From Lophium mytilinum (taxonomy: Eukaryota), in contig MU004190.1 of assembly GCA_010093605.1 (NCBI GenBank), positions 992,001 through 1,056,000 of the forward strand: a stretch of 64,000 nucleotides of DNA. Direction: 5' to 3'. The notes beneath the pieces were generated by a model, which was given only the letters and a program-made list of their open reading frames with translations, was not told the origin of the DNA and did not search any database. Position 1 is the stretch's first letter. Each line of letters starts with the position of its first letter. This document shows, piece by piece, positions 13,093 through 26,534 of this stretch. Both the position numbers and the translations under genes were made by a program.

Positions 13093-13747
13093 CCAATCCT
13101 ACTCCTCCCATCTCATCTAAAATCTCCCATCACGCTCAATCTGTACAAAACCCGTATCCCACTCTTGCGCCCCCTATAACATCCCTAGGTCCAAGAGAAG
13201 CCCAAAGCCCAAAGCCCCAGAAGAAGAGAGGCCCGCCCGTGTTGGTAGGGGAAGGGGGAGGATATGAACGGAGCGAACTGGGTCGGGAGGGCAAAACCAA
13301 ACATTATCGTACAGAGAAAAGAAAGCCCCTAGCACACGACCGGGCGGTAGCGACAGCATTGAGAAGAAGAGAAGCCCGGAGCAGGCACAACATCGAGTCC
13401 TGCCCGCTTCAAAAACAAGACACGCAGACGTTAAAGTCTGAGTAAAAGGAGGAAAAAGCAGCGCTCGCTATGCATTCATGAGTGCGTATGTGTCCCCTTC
13501 CCAAAACGCATTTGCTTCCCAAAAGATACGCCATACCCGTCCCAAGCACGAAGACTTGGAAGAAAAACGAGGAAAAGAAACAGAGGACCAGGAAGAGGAA
13601 ACCGGTTACATATACAGTCTTGGAGGAAGGTAAACATAAAAGCTGTCCGTGTTGTGGTGGGGCGTAGAAGATAAATTTGATTTGATTTGATTGAATTGAT
13701 TAGGGTTAGATATTATACCCACCTAACTGACTAAAAACCCACTGGGG

Positions 13748-16700
13748 TTACCACATCTTGTTCTCTTCCGAGGGCGACTCGTCGTCGAACATGCCGTCCC
13801 CGTAGTACGGCGTTTGCGACGGTGGCGGCGACTTGCTCTGCGGAGTGTTGCGGGGTTGACCGAGGTAGTCCTGCCCGCTGGAGACGCTGTAGGAGTTTCC
13901 GTTCGAGTTACTGTGGGATTGCTGGGCTTGCTGAGAGTGTTGGGAGTGCTGGGAATTCTGAGATTGTTGAGATTGCTGAGAGCGTTGGGTGTGTTGTGAT
14001 GTGCGGGAGTCGGGCCTGGCTTGACCATGGCCTTCGTGGTCGGGGATCTCCTGGTTGCCCTGATCCTCCTGGGTGGCTGGAGTCTTTTTGTTTTCCGCTT
14101 GGTCTTGCTGCTGTTTGATGTTAGCCTGCGAACTATAATAGTAAAGGTGTTGTGTCGCCGTACCTGTTGATACCGCTGATACTGTGAGAACTCCTCAGGC
14201 TGGTCCTTCTTCTGCTGCTGCTGAGCTTGCCGTTGCTGCTGCTTTTGTCCAATCTGCATCTGCGGGTGCATCTGCTGGACCTTGGCAAGGTACGAGTACA
14301 TGAAGTTGCTAAGCAGGACCTGTGAATAGAGTTCTCGGCGGGGATTGGCAAGCTTGATGTGCGCCATCCGGTAGATAGCACGCTCCTCCATAATTGAGAA
14401 TCGCGTCCAGTTGTAGTCGATGTCGGGCTTGAGAATCCGTGGCGGTGGTTCTGGCGACAGTCCACGCATTGAGCTTCCCTTCTTGTGTGATGTTTCTTTC
14501 TCAGCCTTCTTTTTCTCGCCGCCAAATAGCGAGGAGAAAATCCCGCTCTTCTCCTTCTTAGTTTCTCCGCCAGATTTCCGCGTGCTCTCCTTCTTCCGTT
14601 CTTCCTCCAGCTTGAGGCTTTCTCGATCGATTACAATACTTTCACGTCCCTTCGATCCGTCGATCGAAGACTGAAGCACGTCGAGACGGGTGTTATCATG
14701 AGACTTGTCCACCGCCTTGCTAGCCTTGATTTTAGCCTTTCTAGCAGCCTCTTCCTTCTCTTTCTGTTCGCGTTCTCTCTCCTTCTGCTTATCTTCGCCA
14801 CCCAACAGCCACCCCCAACTCGTCTTCCTCGACCCACCTTCAGAGTCCTTTTTGTCTTTCGATTTCTTGTCAGGCTTCTTCTCCTTCTCATCATTAAAGG
14901 TTGGGATGAAGGACAACGAATCGGTGCGAGTGCTTTGATTTCCGGGTAGTGGGGAGGGATGCGAGGCCATGTCCTCGATTGTACGGTTGTCAGTCTTGAT
15001 AGGAGGGGTCCCTGTGCGATGCATGGGAGGCCTTGCAGGTTGCTGTCTCGGTGGGTGTAGTTGACGAGGCGGCGGCGCTTGAGATTGAACAGGGCGAGGT
15101 TGATGAGCTTCGCGGGAGGAGCTTCTTTCTGGCAATTGCAAAGATGATGTCCTTTGCGGTTCCTGGGGCGGGGGCGGTGTTTCGATTATTTGCGGGACGG
15201 ACTGAGGCGCTGTATAGCCGGGTAGCGGTGCTGTAGTACGGCCATTCGACGCAATTCGAGAGTGGAAAGGTTTGGTCGGAGGCGACTTTCTTGATTGCGG
15301 CTCTGGCTCTTGCTCGGGTATAGATTTAGTGGTGAGAGGTTGCTGGAAGGGTTGGTCTTCAGAAGATTTTCGTAAAGGTGGCGTTATAGGAGGCGATCGT
15401 TTCCGGCCAGGGCGTGAGAAGTTCTCTACGGTTTCTGGCCGTAGATGTATTGGCTCCGTTTGAACTCTCGAGAGTCCTATAGTAGGCAGGTCTGGGTGTT
15501 TATTGTGCGTTGGGGAAGACACGGGCGACTCCTCCGTATCAGTTTCTGACTGTCGTCCAGCCATCCGTCTTGAGAATGGCACCCGTTCCCCCTTTCGAAG
15601 ACTGCCACGCCGATAGTTTGTTCTCGTCGATCTTTTCAGAGTTGGCTGGCCAGCTGACTTTGGTGGTAGAATCGGCATGTCCTCGCTCGTTAGCTCAATG
15701 CCCGAATCCGTAGAGGTACGAGCCGCTGAGTCAATGCTCATCCGGCGCATCATCGAGCTCGGATCCTCGACCAGCTGTTCCAGCTCTTGCAAATCAGCCA
15801 AAGGCGTGCTTCCTTCGCCTTTTATCTTCTCAGATCTTTTTCTCTCCAGTCTGTCCGCCCCATCCCGGTAGTTATTTGGTCCGTCGACCTGGCGCGAGAG
15901 CATCGACTTCTTTCTTTTTAAAGATCCAGACCCTGATCCTGAGCGGCCTATACTATCGGGAGACAGCGAATCTTCTCCGCCAGACCTCCGCCTTATCTTA
16001 TCAACCTTCTCTTCAATAAACGTCTTGAACTCTTTCGGTGCTAGTTCAGGATGCAACCTTGCAGGAACCCAGAACAACTTCGACGGGTCTTCATCGTCAG
16101 TGAAATTGGGTGGAGCAACGGAAGGAACGCTGAATCCAGAGGAGAACGAGGGAAGATCGGGGTCCGAAGCATTTACGTCCATTGACATTCGCCGTATCGC
16201 TTGCAAATTACTCAACTCCTGTGCCACCGCAGCCGGACTCGACTCGTAATCTATGTCATTTAGGGGGAACTGTTGGTTGGCGGTGTCCGAGTTGGTTCGG
16301 CTCAGAGCGGGTGGTGAGAGCGGGCTGGGTTCGTTCTCGCGTCCGAACGACGAGCTGCGGGTGGACAGCATCTTGGGCCTTCCATTGACCTGCGCTGGGG
16401 GTGTCCTCTCATTCGATTGTGTAAGGCTGAGCGGGGACCGTGGTGGTGAGCTGCGGGCAGCGTCGAAGGACGGGGGAGCGGTCTCGAGGGACTCGCCGAG
16501 GGGGGAGGATATGAAGCTCAGCGGACGCGAGTCGCGCTTTGGCACGTAGTCATCTTCGTCGCCGTACAGGTCGCCGATGGCCTCGGTGACATGGTGATTG
16601 TCGTCGCTGATGGAGATCTGCGGAGCATGGCCGCGCCTAGCCTGATACATGAGCTCAAGCTCTCGTGCTCGAGTAGCGGACTGGGAAGAAGCAGGCAGGA

Positions 16701-16866
16701 TTAGCACTCGAATTCTGTAGAGGGGCAGCAGGCGCTGGGGAGTGGTGCGGTGTGACTTCCGGCTCAGGGCAAGTGAACAGGTATGGTATGCGGAGGGCAA
16801 TGGGGGCATGGAGCGGTGGTGATCACGGCGTGCAGTGTCGCAGTCGCGGGTTGGGCTCACCTGCAT
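13748..16866 (-). CDS. ZDS1: Zds1-like PP2A-Cdc55 regulator (Zds_C domain); 3 exons
   Basis: LFWVPARLHPELAPKEF and RFSIMEERAIYRMAHIKLANPRRELYSQVLLSNFMYSYL (Zds_C). Probable introns at 16860-16681 and near 14160-14110. The last exon ends ...DDESPSEENKMW* at 13748. Confidence 0.88.
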
Positions 16867-17750
16867 TCCTCACGGCGAGGGTGCTGCCACAGCGAGGGCG
16901 CAGCAGATCTGGGGGGCTCCGGGCAGCGGGAGGGTATGGCATCGAAGGGCTCGTGGTGTCGAGAATAAGAATAGAGGAGGGCCCTCTGCTTGCAATGCCA
17001 GGGGAGGAGAGGTCGATGTCCAAGGTGCTCGGCGCGTTCGCTAAGGCCGACCGGGAACAACGGCGGCGGGACGCTTCAAAAACGCGAGATGGCCGTGGGG
17101 AAGGGGCCTGGCTCGGGGAAGGCCACTCTTCAATTGCTGCAGTATTGGCGATGCTGTTAGGCCAGCAGCGTGGGCAGTCTTCACTGGCTTCACGCAGAAC
17201 AAGCGACGAGACGGCGCAATCAAGGCAAGCTTCACCACCCAGCCTGCTCAACAACATGATCAACCCCTCCTCAGGTTCATCCTTGCACGAGCCGCTCCAA
17301 TTCGGACGACAACGCTGATGCCCTCTATGCGGCCTCCGTTCTAGGGCCCCTATCGCATCTATGGCCAGCCCCTTTCAACTTCATCGATATCACTTGCAGC
17401 GTCATAGGTCTACTATCTAAGCGCCGTGCGTTGAAGCGCCCAGATACCGTTTATGTACCCATTCACACCAGCCACCGTCTAGTCTCCGCGTGGCGCCCTT
17501 GGCGAGCTCCAAAAAGGTTGACGAGAGGACGCCGCATGCAGCCAAAATAGAATCAACTCGTCAGGTCACATGGAGAACTTAAGAAGGCACAAAGCCCTCG
17601 AGAATTGCACGTGCAGGGAGGGCAAAGCGACCCCACCCCTTGCTCATACTGCCATGGGCTACTCTTGGAGGCGAGTTATTATATATTACACTTTATCAGT
17701 ATCCAGTTGTCTCATCCAGGACCCTGTCGGCCTGCTAACCAACGCCATGT

Positions 17751-19748
17751 CTACGCCGCAGCGGACAGATTTCGCTTCAAAATCACTATAGACACTGCCG
17801 CTACGCTGACAATTGCGGCCAGCGCAAGGTACAGATTCGTGCGGTCGACGGGTTCATCGTCCAGCTTCGGAAACGCTGTCGATGGGTGCGTGGCGCTTTC
17901 GGCCAGCTGAAGCCGTGTCAGTGAGGCAAATACGACAGTGTAACGGGACACTTACGTGGACAAACAGCTCTGAGATGCTGCCCCAGGTTGCACTGACATG
18001 CAGTGGCGCTGCCATGTTCAATGCGCTGGTGTACTCGTCTGGCTGCTGCTCGCACCGCTGCATTGTCTTGTCCTGGTCGGCTTTGAGCGCAGTGTAAACT
18101 GCGGGTAGGAAGTCCAGCTGTGGGAACTTCTTCCTCAGCTCTACGATATGAGCGAAGCTATCGGGCTCGCTGGAGTCGTATGTGTAGCACAGGAGATCGC
18201 AGGCGTCGAGCTTGGCCTGGTTCTCTAGTATTGCTGGCTCTAGCTCACCCAGTTCCTCAAGGATCAGGTAGCACTGCTTGCCTCCTTTTAGCTCGACACT
18301 GTTCACTGCAGTTCGAGGCTTGATAGTTGGGTGGTAGGTTTGGCTGAATGGTCTGTTGAGGAATGCGGACAGCAGCGAGCTTTTCCCACTCCCTCCGGCC
18401 CCTATCACGTAGCACTTGAAGACGTTCCGCTCGACTCTCCCTGGCTTGTTGCGCCTCTTGCGTGCTTTGGTGACCTTGAGTGCCGCAGTCGTGCCTCCTC
18501 TATCAGTGCTTTCGAATCCAAGATATGCGAGGTATTCTAGAGTCGTCTTGGGTTCTTCAAAAGTCGTCATGCTCCACTGAGCCAGCCAGCCCTGGAGAGT
18601 GATATAGCCAGCTTCGTTCCGTACGGTACATGAGGGGAAGGCAGAGTCAACCCAGGAAGGGGGGATTCCTGGGGTGGGGTTGAATAGGGCCTTGAGCTCC
18701 GAGTTGTTCAATCCGCCATCGTTGTCCTTGTCGAAGAGCAGGAATAGATCCACGAAAAATCGATATCCAGTGGGGCTTAGTTCTGCGGAGGAGTACTGAG
18801 GCACGTCGAACTTGGGTCGCAGGAAGGTGTCCTTCAAGCTTAGACTATCCGTGTAGTGGAACTTCCTCAAAATTATCCAAATAGTTTCATGGCGGCCCTT
18901 CTCCGCAAAAATCTTGTTGAGTACCAGGAACCCCTTCTCATCTATTCCCTCGTCACTCGCGGACTGTGGCGCAAACCGCTGTATTGATTGTTTGATATTG
19001 CGGAGGTCGTCGTCTCCTAACGGCTTCTCAAAGCACTTCATCTGGAAATCGTGGATCTCGGTGTCGTTCAGGTATCCGTCCTTATCTTTGTCACAGAGAT
19101 GGAATACGCGCTGGAGAGCGGACACGGCCGCAGGCTTTAGCGCAGCTTCCTTTGCATCGTACAGCGGAGCTATGGGATGCGTGACAGCTTTTTGGCAGAG
19201 GAAGAAGACCTCGTTGATGTTGTGGTGCTCCTTGGCGCTCGTTCGTATGCACGAATCAATCTCTTTGAACTCGTTCATGACCGGCACCATCTCATCCGAC
19301 ACTACTTGCGACGTTGTTCCACTGGACTGGAGGTCTGATTTGTTTGCGCATAGCACCACCGGCACATTTACACCCACTGTGCGGAAGTAGGGCATCCAGA
19401 ACAGCGCAACCCTCTCATAGCTGTAGTGGTCCGAGTAGACTAAGAGTATCACATTCGATTTCCGCAGCTCCTTCCTCAATGTATGGCGCTCATGTACTAG
19501 TGCAGAGGTGTCGACAATGGTGGTGGTAACATTATCGGGCGTGCCTAGAGTCGGCGGGAGGGTTACTTGGGGGAGGACAGGCTGGATTTTGGCCGTGACG
19601 AAGACATCTTTGACTAGCGAGGTGATAATGGAGCTTTTTCCGACTCCTTCATCACCACAAACACAGATCCGGACTGTGTCGGCGGACGAGTTAGCCATGG
19701 CGTGATAGAGGCGGGAGATCAAGCTGGAGAGTGTGTACCTGTCGCCAT
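17751..19748 (-). CDS. GEM1: Mitochondrial Rho GTPase Gem1/Miro; 3 exons
   Basis: [18 protein letters not shown] after removing intron 19738-19674; two EF hands ([18 protein letters not shown]); second GTPase domain GAGGSGKS; C-terminal transmembrane anchor [21 protein letters not shown]. Confidence 0.95.
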
Positions 19749-20628
19749 GCTTGGGAGGCATGTTTAGAGCATCTCCTAGAAGTTAGTGCAGGTGGAACGG
19801 GTGAATGGGTAAGTGCCACTGGTGAATGAAGCTCGAGTGTTTGCGACAAGGTGATGGGAGGGAGGGGTGCAGCACAGGGCTGGCACTGCGTTGTCTTTTC
19901 GGCTGGGGTAAAATGCAGCGCCTGGCTAGGGCCCCTTGCGCTTAAAGTGGCAGCGTTCGAATGCATGCACAGTTATATCCTGGCATTGCTCCGAACAAAC
20001 GGTAGACACACTCCTACACTGATACGCACACCATCCTAGCACTGCTTGAGGTTCTCCAGTGCAGTATCAAAAGTTGCAAGGCGACAATCTCGGCAGCGTG
20101 ATCGCGCCCGGGCCAGCTCCGACGGTGAGTGCCACTTTGTATTCAGGGCGCCTGTCAAGCACGTGCCCGCATCGGCGCTCGGTGAAGAGGCCGTTAGGCC
20201 CGCTGGATTGGTTTGCGGGAGCTGTCAATATTTGGAAGCTGGGAACAACGCCGGGGTTGTATTTGATATCAGAAAGTGGCGCTTCTCTGGCCCCGGAGAG
20301 GTTACACCTTCAACGGCGGTCCTTCTCCGCACACGCTCCAAGTTCCGGCAGCAATCTTCCACCAAGAGCGGCCTCGACGTCGACACCAAGTGGGCATCCT
20401 TCGTATATTAGCCGCAACTCGGGGCCCTCTGCGGCGCATGCGGACCCTCGACGACACCTCATCCTCCCCATACCCCACATTCCCAGGCCTCCTCCTGTCG
20501 CATTACCCCATGGTCCTGCACACATCGTCGCCAGCATTGGCCCAGCCGCGTGGATAGCAAAGAGCGAGGAAACAAGTGTCGCGACTCACAACCACGGTTC
20601 CTGAGCGCCGCGCCGAGCTTCGATCGCT

Positions 20629-23311
20629 ATGTTGTAAGTCGCACGCATCAGCCCAATCATGCCACCGAGCTATCGCATGCAGTTACTAACCTTATGGTGC
20701 TTATGGCAGTGTACTTCCCCCTCCGCCCCGATACCCAGCGGCGGCGTACGGCCAGCCTGGCCAACCGCTCATCGAAACCAACAACATCCTCACGCATCCT
20801 ACGGGCCCGGAGCACCAATTGGTCGTCGGAGAAGGTAATCAATGCTCTAGAAGTCGCATGCATGCTCTACTCACGCGCGTGTCGTCGCAGGAACCTACGT
20901 TCTAAGGGACGCCCTCCTCCTCGCAACACCCCCGCCTCACCCTTCCGAAGCCCCCGTCCACAACAACAACCCCCTCGCGACCACGTTATCCCCACCTACA
21001 GCTGGCACGAAGATCTCCGTGTTGGTGCTGGCGCCGCGACAGCAATCATACCCTCAATTATTCCGCCTCACTACGAATAATAGCACAAGATCTCAGATAC
21101 CGGCGAGCATACAAGAGAGCCCTCATGAAGGACAGAGTCAGGCCAGCGACACAGCTTCGCACCCGCCTATGACAAATGGGGTAGGATCGCTAGATGGGAG
21201 CAATGCGCCTGCATTTGGGGAAAGCAATCCCGTGCTGTCATTACCTAACGGAAAAGATCTCAAGGATCCTCTCAAACGGCGGAAACCGAAGAGTAACATC
21301 GTCAAAAGTAATTCGTCATTCGTATCCAGGGTCATACCACACGAGGCTTTAGCGAAACGGTTACAGGAGCATGATCCGAAAGGCATCTACGTCTTCGCGA
21401 ATGTTAACAGGGCTATGCAATGGCTCGACTTGTCTTCCCCTACAAAGGTAGGCTTCCTTATTCTACGTCATCGGAAGATGCGTACTCTTTCCACTGCTTG
21501 AGGAATCTCCTTGCATTTTCAGACTCTTGAAAAATTAGAGATGAATGGAGTTGAAACAGGAATTGACCTGGTCGAGCTGCTCCAGCGGCCTAAATCAGCT
21601 CTTTTCGAAGGAAACGACCACGCATTCTCTCGCTATTTCAAAACGCATGGAGGTGGTCCAAGTATTGGCAAATGGTTGCGCACAGACACAGAAACATGCA
21701 CTACCACGTTGTTCTTGTAGTCAGTTGTTCTAACATTTCCAACAGGAAGAACATATGACCAAGATCCTCTTCACAAAGGCACACCCACTGTGTCACGATA
21801 TCCATCCTACGACGAAAGGACCAAACCATGTCGATATCGTTCTAGGGTTCTCGACAGGGGATATTATATGGTATGAGCCAATGTCGCAGAAATACGTCCG
21901 GATAAACAAAAATGTAAGCGAGTGTGTATTCAAAATACGCAGGACAGCATCTGATCTCTCTAGGGCGCGATCAACCCATCAGCAGTGACGGAAATACGAT
22001 GGCTACCACATAGCGAGAACCTCTTTATTGCGGCGCATGCGGACGGGACATTGGTGGTCTACGATAAAGAAAAAGAAGATGCACCTTTCGTGGCCGAGGA
22101 AGAATCGCCGTCATCGGAGAGGCTGAATGAGGAGCAGAAGAAAGTTTCACTAAAGATCAAGAAGTCGGTAAATTCGAAAAACCAGAAATCAAACCCAGTA
22201 GCTTGCTGGAAAGTGTCGAACTCGAAAATCAACGCCTTGGCTATATCACCGGACTCGCGGCATCTCGCGGTAGTTTCGGAGGATGGGTCGTTCAGGATAA
22301 TTGATTACTTGAAGGAGCAGTAAGCACGACGAATCCCGAATGCATGATTAGTGCTGACAAGTTAGGTTGCTCGATCTCTACAACAGCTATTACGGCGGGA
22401 TCATGTGCGTATGCTGGTCGCCAGACGGCAGATACGTGGTGACGGGAGGCCAGGATGACCTTGTTTCCATATGGTCTCTAGAAGACAGCATGCTGGTGGC
22501 GCGATGCCAGGGTCACAATTCGTGGGTTACGGCTGTGGCGTTCGATCCATGGCGATGCGACGAGCGCAACTATCGGATAGGCAGCGTGGGGGAGGACTGC
22601 AGACTTTTGCTGTGGGACTTCAGCGTCGGCATGCTGCATCGGCCCAGAGCGGTAAGCCATCCTCCCAACAATGCCCCGAGACGGATGCTAATCATGGATG
22701 TGGGTTTAGGCTTCGGTGCGACACCGGGGCAGTGTGGCGTCGGCAACGCTAAAGGTTTCACGGACTCGCACAGACACATCGAGTAACAGCCGGCTGCGAT
22801 CAAATTCTAACCTGACGTCGGGCAGCATGGCGGGCGAGGGCGAGGATACAGTGCATCCGGTAGAACCGCGGGCCCGCACAGCGATGCTGCCGCCCGTCAT
22901 GGTGAGTTCACGTTGCAACATCTAGAATTGGCCCCACTGACAATTCGACAGGCAAAATCAATAGACGAACACCCCCTGACCTGGCTGGGCTTCGAAGAGG
23001 ATGTGATCCTGACCACATGCGCGACTGGTGAGTGAATTTTCTTCTCTGCAAGCAGACAAGCCTCGGGCGGGTCGAGGCGATGTCGTGCAGGAACCCGCTC
23101 CCCTGTGCCTCAGCGCAAGCGATAGCCACTGCAGCCACTCTAGCGCCGTGGCACAGCATGTGCATGGCTAGACTTGTCCGTCAACGGCTGGCTGACAGCG
23201 ATTGCAGGCCACATCCGCACCTGGGACCGACCCAAAGAGGGCGCTAGCAGCGACGACGGGGCGGTCTCGACGACGTCGGCGAGCGCGAGTGCTGGGACGG
23301 GCAGCGGATAG
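20629..23311 (+). CDS. creC: Catabolite repression WD40 protein CreC (WDR20-like partner of a deubiquitinase); multi-exon
   Basis: Spliced N-terminus [96 protein letters not shown]; ends GHIRTWDRP...GSG*. Confidence 0.93.
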
Positions 23312-24478
23312 ATCAGAGGCAGGGAGGCGGTGTGTTCCTGTTTCGAAGCCGCGGATAATCCCTAGGTACCGTGGCCCACGCCGCTTGGAGCTGTGGCAAC
23401 GGGCGCGTCCCGAATTGTTCCGAATCACATGTCTATATTTTTGCGCGCGGCTTCTTCAGCCCTATGAGGAGCTCCACTCTGTATGATAGCGGACGGAAAT
23501 GGATTGTTGGCGGCTTTGTACGTGCAATGGTGGGGCGGGATGTTGTTGAGCATCGAAAACGTGGTTCGCGCGGTTGAAAACGTCTTACCTATGGCGGCGG
23601 CTGTCGCGCCGAGAAAAGGCCATGCCACAGTGATGCCGTGGTGAGACAAGCTGATAGCGACGCTCTCGCCTGCGCAAATCCTGCGGACTGGTGCGCGTCG
23701 TGGCCGGTATCGACGCAGAATTGCGGGCCTGTCGAGGAAAGCAGCGGGCTAAGGGGTGCGGTGCGGTGGGTATGCTTTCAAGTCACGGGCGTGGCGCAGA
23801 TCGCAGACAAGCTTTTCGGGCTTGTGGCCAATGGCAGGGCGGGCCGAAGAATGACCTCAGACAGAGCTTGATGCAGCAATTTGTCCATGACGGCTGCAGC
23901 GATAACACATAAACGGGGCTGATATCCGATGCGAAGAGGCCCTGACACCGCTTGATGGATACCTAGTTCTGCAGTATAAGACTCTCCACTGCCCGGCTGC
24001 GGCTGCATCACGCTCGCTCAGCACACGCCTGACACACCTGCACCTGCACTTCTCTGGCAGCCTTGCCCCTCGCGAATCGCATCACGGCATTCGCTGGACC
24101 CTATCCCACAATCCCTACTCGCTATCGCACCACCCGAGACCCTGCCCACGCGCGCACCCAGCTCGGCATCCTTTGTTCGTCTAGCCGAACGCCCCTCCTG
24201 CACCTAAGCAGCATTTGCAGCCGGTGTCGCGGTGTCTGCCAGCCCGCGCAGCTGTGTCGTCAACGGCAGAACGGCAGCTGCTGCAAACCAGCCTGACCAG
24301 CGTGGGATGAGGCTTGCTCTGCCGTCGAATGATCCGTAGCCCTGCGCCTGTCGCGGTCATCCAAACCCCCAGTCTCACCGCGCCCCCAAATTCTTTTTCC
24401 ACCGCAAGCCGCACTACTACAAACACCCCGCCTCCAGTGCTGAAGTCGTAAACAACCCCTTTGCGTGAGTCTGCAACC

Positions 24479-26534
24479 ATGGTTCGCGGTCCGGTTGGTG
24501 TCTTTGGAAGCGCTGCCTCGCGACCGACGCTCGAAATCCTGTACGTACCCATGTGCCTACCGCGGTACCAACTTTTCCCGCGACCATCGTGAAGGAACCG
24601 AAAGCTGACTCCCGACCGCCAGACCAGACTCTCCCTTCGTTGTGCTCTATGGCCTCCCCTCCGAAGCCCAGCAGGTCGAGCTCACCGGCAAGCTCGTCCT
24701 CACCAACCACGAGTCCATGGCCGTGAGGGGCATAAAAGTGAATTTATCCGGCATGCGCAAGGTCTCGTACGTACCCGGACCACCACCGCAGCTCCACAAT
24801 CCACTCGCGCCGCCTGCTGACTTTGTGCCCCGTCGCACTGCAGGTGGATGACCAACACTGTGACTCCGCAACCCATTGTGTCTAAGCGGACCTTCCTGAA
24901 GGAGGAGGTGAATCTGTTCCCTGCTGACGGTGTGAAGAATAAAGCTCACAAGATTAACCCGGGAGTCCATGAGTGGACTTTCAAGTTTACCATTCCGGGC
25001 GATGCGGATGAGAGTGTCGAGGGGCTGGTGGGGAACTACATTGTTTACAATCTGAATGCTGTGGTGGATAGGGGATATATCTCGAAACAGATATGTGCTA
25101 CTCGGCACATTCGGATCGTGCGGACGCTGGGGCAGGACCTCATGGAGTCTGTGCCCATGGAGCAGGTAAGCTGTCCAGAGAAGGATAGGAGAGTCAATTG
25201 CTAATACGGAGTTGCAGATCAACGAAGATATCTGGGGCTCAAAACTGGCCTACAAGATCACCGTTCCGCAGAAAAACTACATCATCGGCACCTCGATCAC
25301 AGCTGACTTTGTACTGGTGCCTCTGCGGAAAGGCGTTGAGATCACCACCATCAAACTGGAGGTAATAGAGCATATGGTCCTGGCCAGCGAGTACACCGGC
25401 CGCACAATCTCACATTCGAGAGACCAAGTCGTGGCTTCGACAGAGGGCAACATGCCTGCGAATTCGGCAAATCTCGTTCCCGACGACGTCGAAGAGGGGG
25501 ATGAGATGTTCGACGAGTCACACCGCTTCTCGATGACCCTGGAGCTCCCTCGATCATTAAAGTCCTGCAGACAGTCGGTGGACACGGATCACATGAAAAT
25601 CGTGCACAAACTGCGGTTATACGTGAACCTGCACAACCCCGAGGGGCACACGAGTCAGGTCAGTAATGTTGTCGAGAGTACAATGGAGACAACTTCTAAC
25701 TTTTGGCAGCTTTTGGTTAAAAATCACCTCCACTTGTTTATCTCACCCAATCTTCCGCCAAATGAGGACCAGAGCGTGCTCATCGATCACAACATAATAT
25801 CGTCCAATGCTTTGCGAGATGAGGCGAATCAGACTGCCCCTCCTTTATACGGACTACATCAGCTTGATGAGCTGTACAATGGCATTGATACCAGCGGCTT
25901 CATGACCCCTGGAGGCGCCAATAGCGGACTCAACACACCCTTCTACAGCCAAAGTCGAAGTGGATCCAATGAGGACATCCCAACAACGCTTGATGCGGTT
26001 GCACACGAAGATGGCCCTGGTGCCTCTGCCAGTGCCCTCCACACCCGTCTCAGCAACCTGAGCATGGCTCAAAATGGCCGGCAAGCCCGGTTCATTCCGC
26101 CTCACAACGCAGATAGGAGTAGATCATATCACTCCTCCGGAAACAGCACACCTCACACTGAAGACCAGGGCAGCAGCAGCCAACCCAACAGCTACCGCTC
26201 TGGTAGAGGCTACTTCGACATGAGGGGCAGCGCCAACCCCGCCGAAGAGTCCGGGTCTCCCGAGTACAACATGGAAGCTCTGTCCAAAATCCCCAGCTAC
26301 AACACCGCCGTCCGCACTCCCGCCCGCACCCCACTCAGCGAGAACCTCCCCACCTACGAGATCGCAACAAGTAGACCCGCAAGCCCTGCCCACACTCCCC
26401 GCAGCGACCACAACACTCCTTCCCCCGCCCGCAGTCTCGACACCCTCACCGAGGAGACGGAACGCAATACTGAGCTGAACTCGCGGCGGGCTTCACCTAC
26501 GCGTGAGGCCGCTGGGTCCGGCGAACAGAGGTAA
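24479..26534 (+). CDS. creD: Alpha-arrestin, HECT ligase adaptor CreD/Rod1-like; multi-exon; may extend to 26704
   Basis: Arrestin N/C segments (LTGKLVL, HEWTFKFTIPGDADESVEG, IRIVRT, EDIWGSKLAY, HKLRLYVNLHNPEGHTSQL); PY-type motifs PPLY, IPSY and LPTY; adjacent to creC. Confidence 0.88.

Noticed and set aside
13723..14160. Basic C-terminal tail of the 1047-aa ORF (VRRHNTF...GFLVS)
   Set aside because: Read-through of an intron; the spliced frame gives the Gln/Ser-rich tail ending at 13748.
16823..17318. Overlapping 146-188 aa ORFs upstream of ZDS1
   Set aside because: GC-rich leader/intergenic sequence open in several frames, with no protein-family features.
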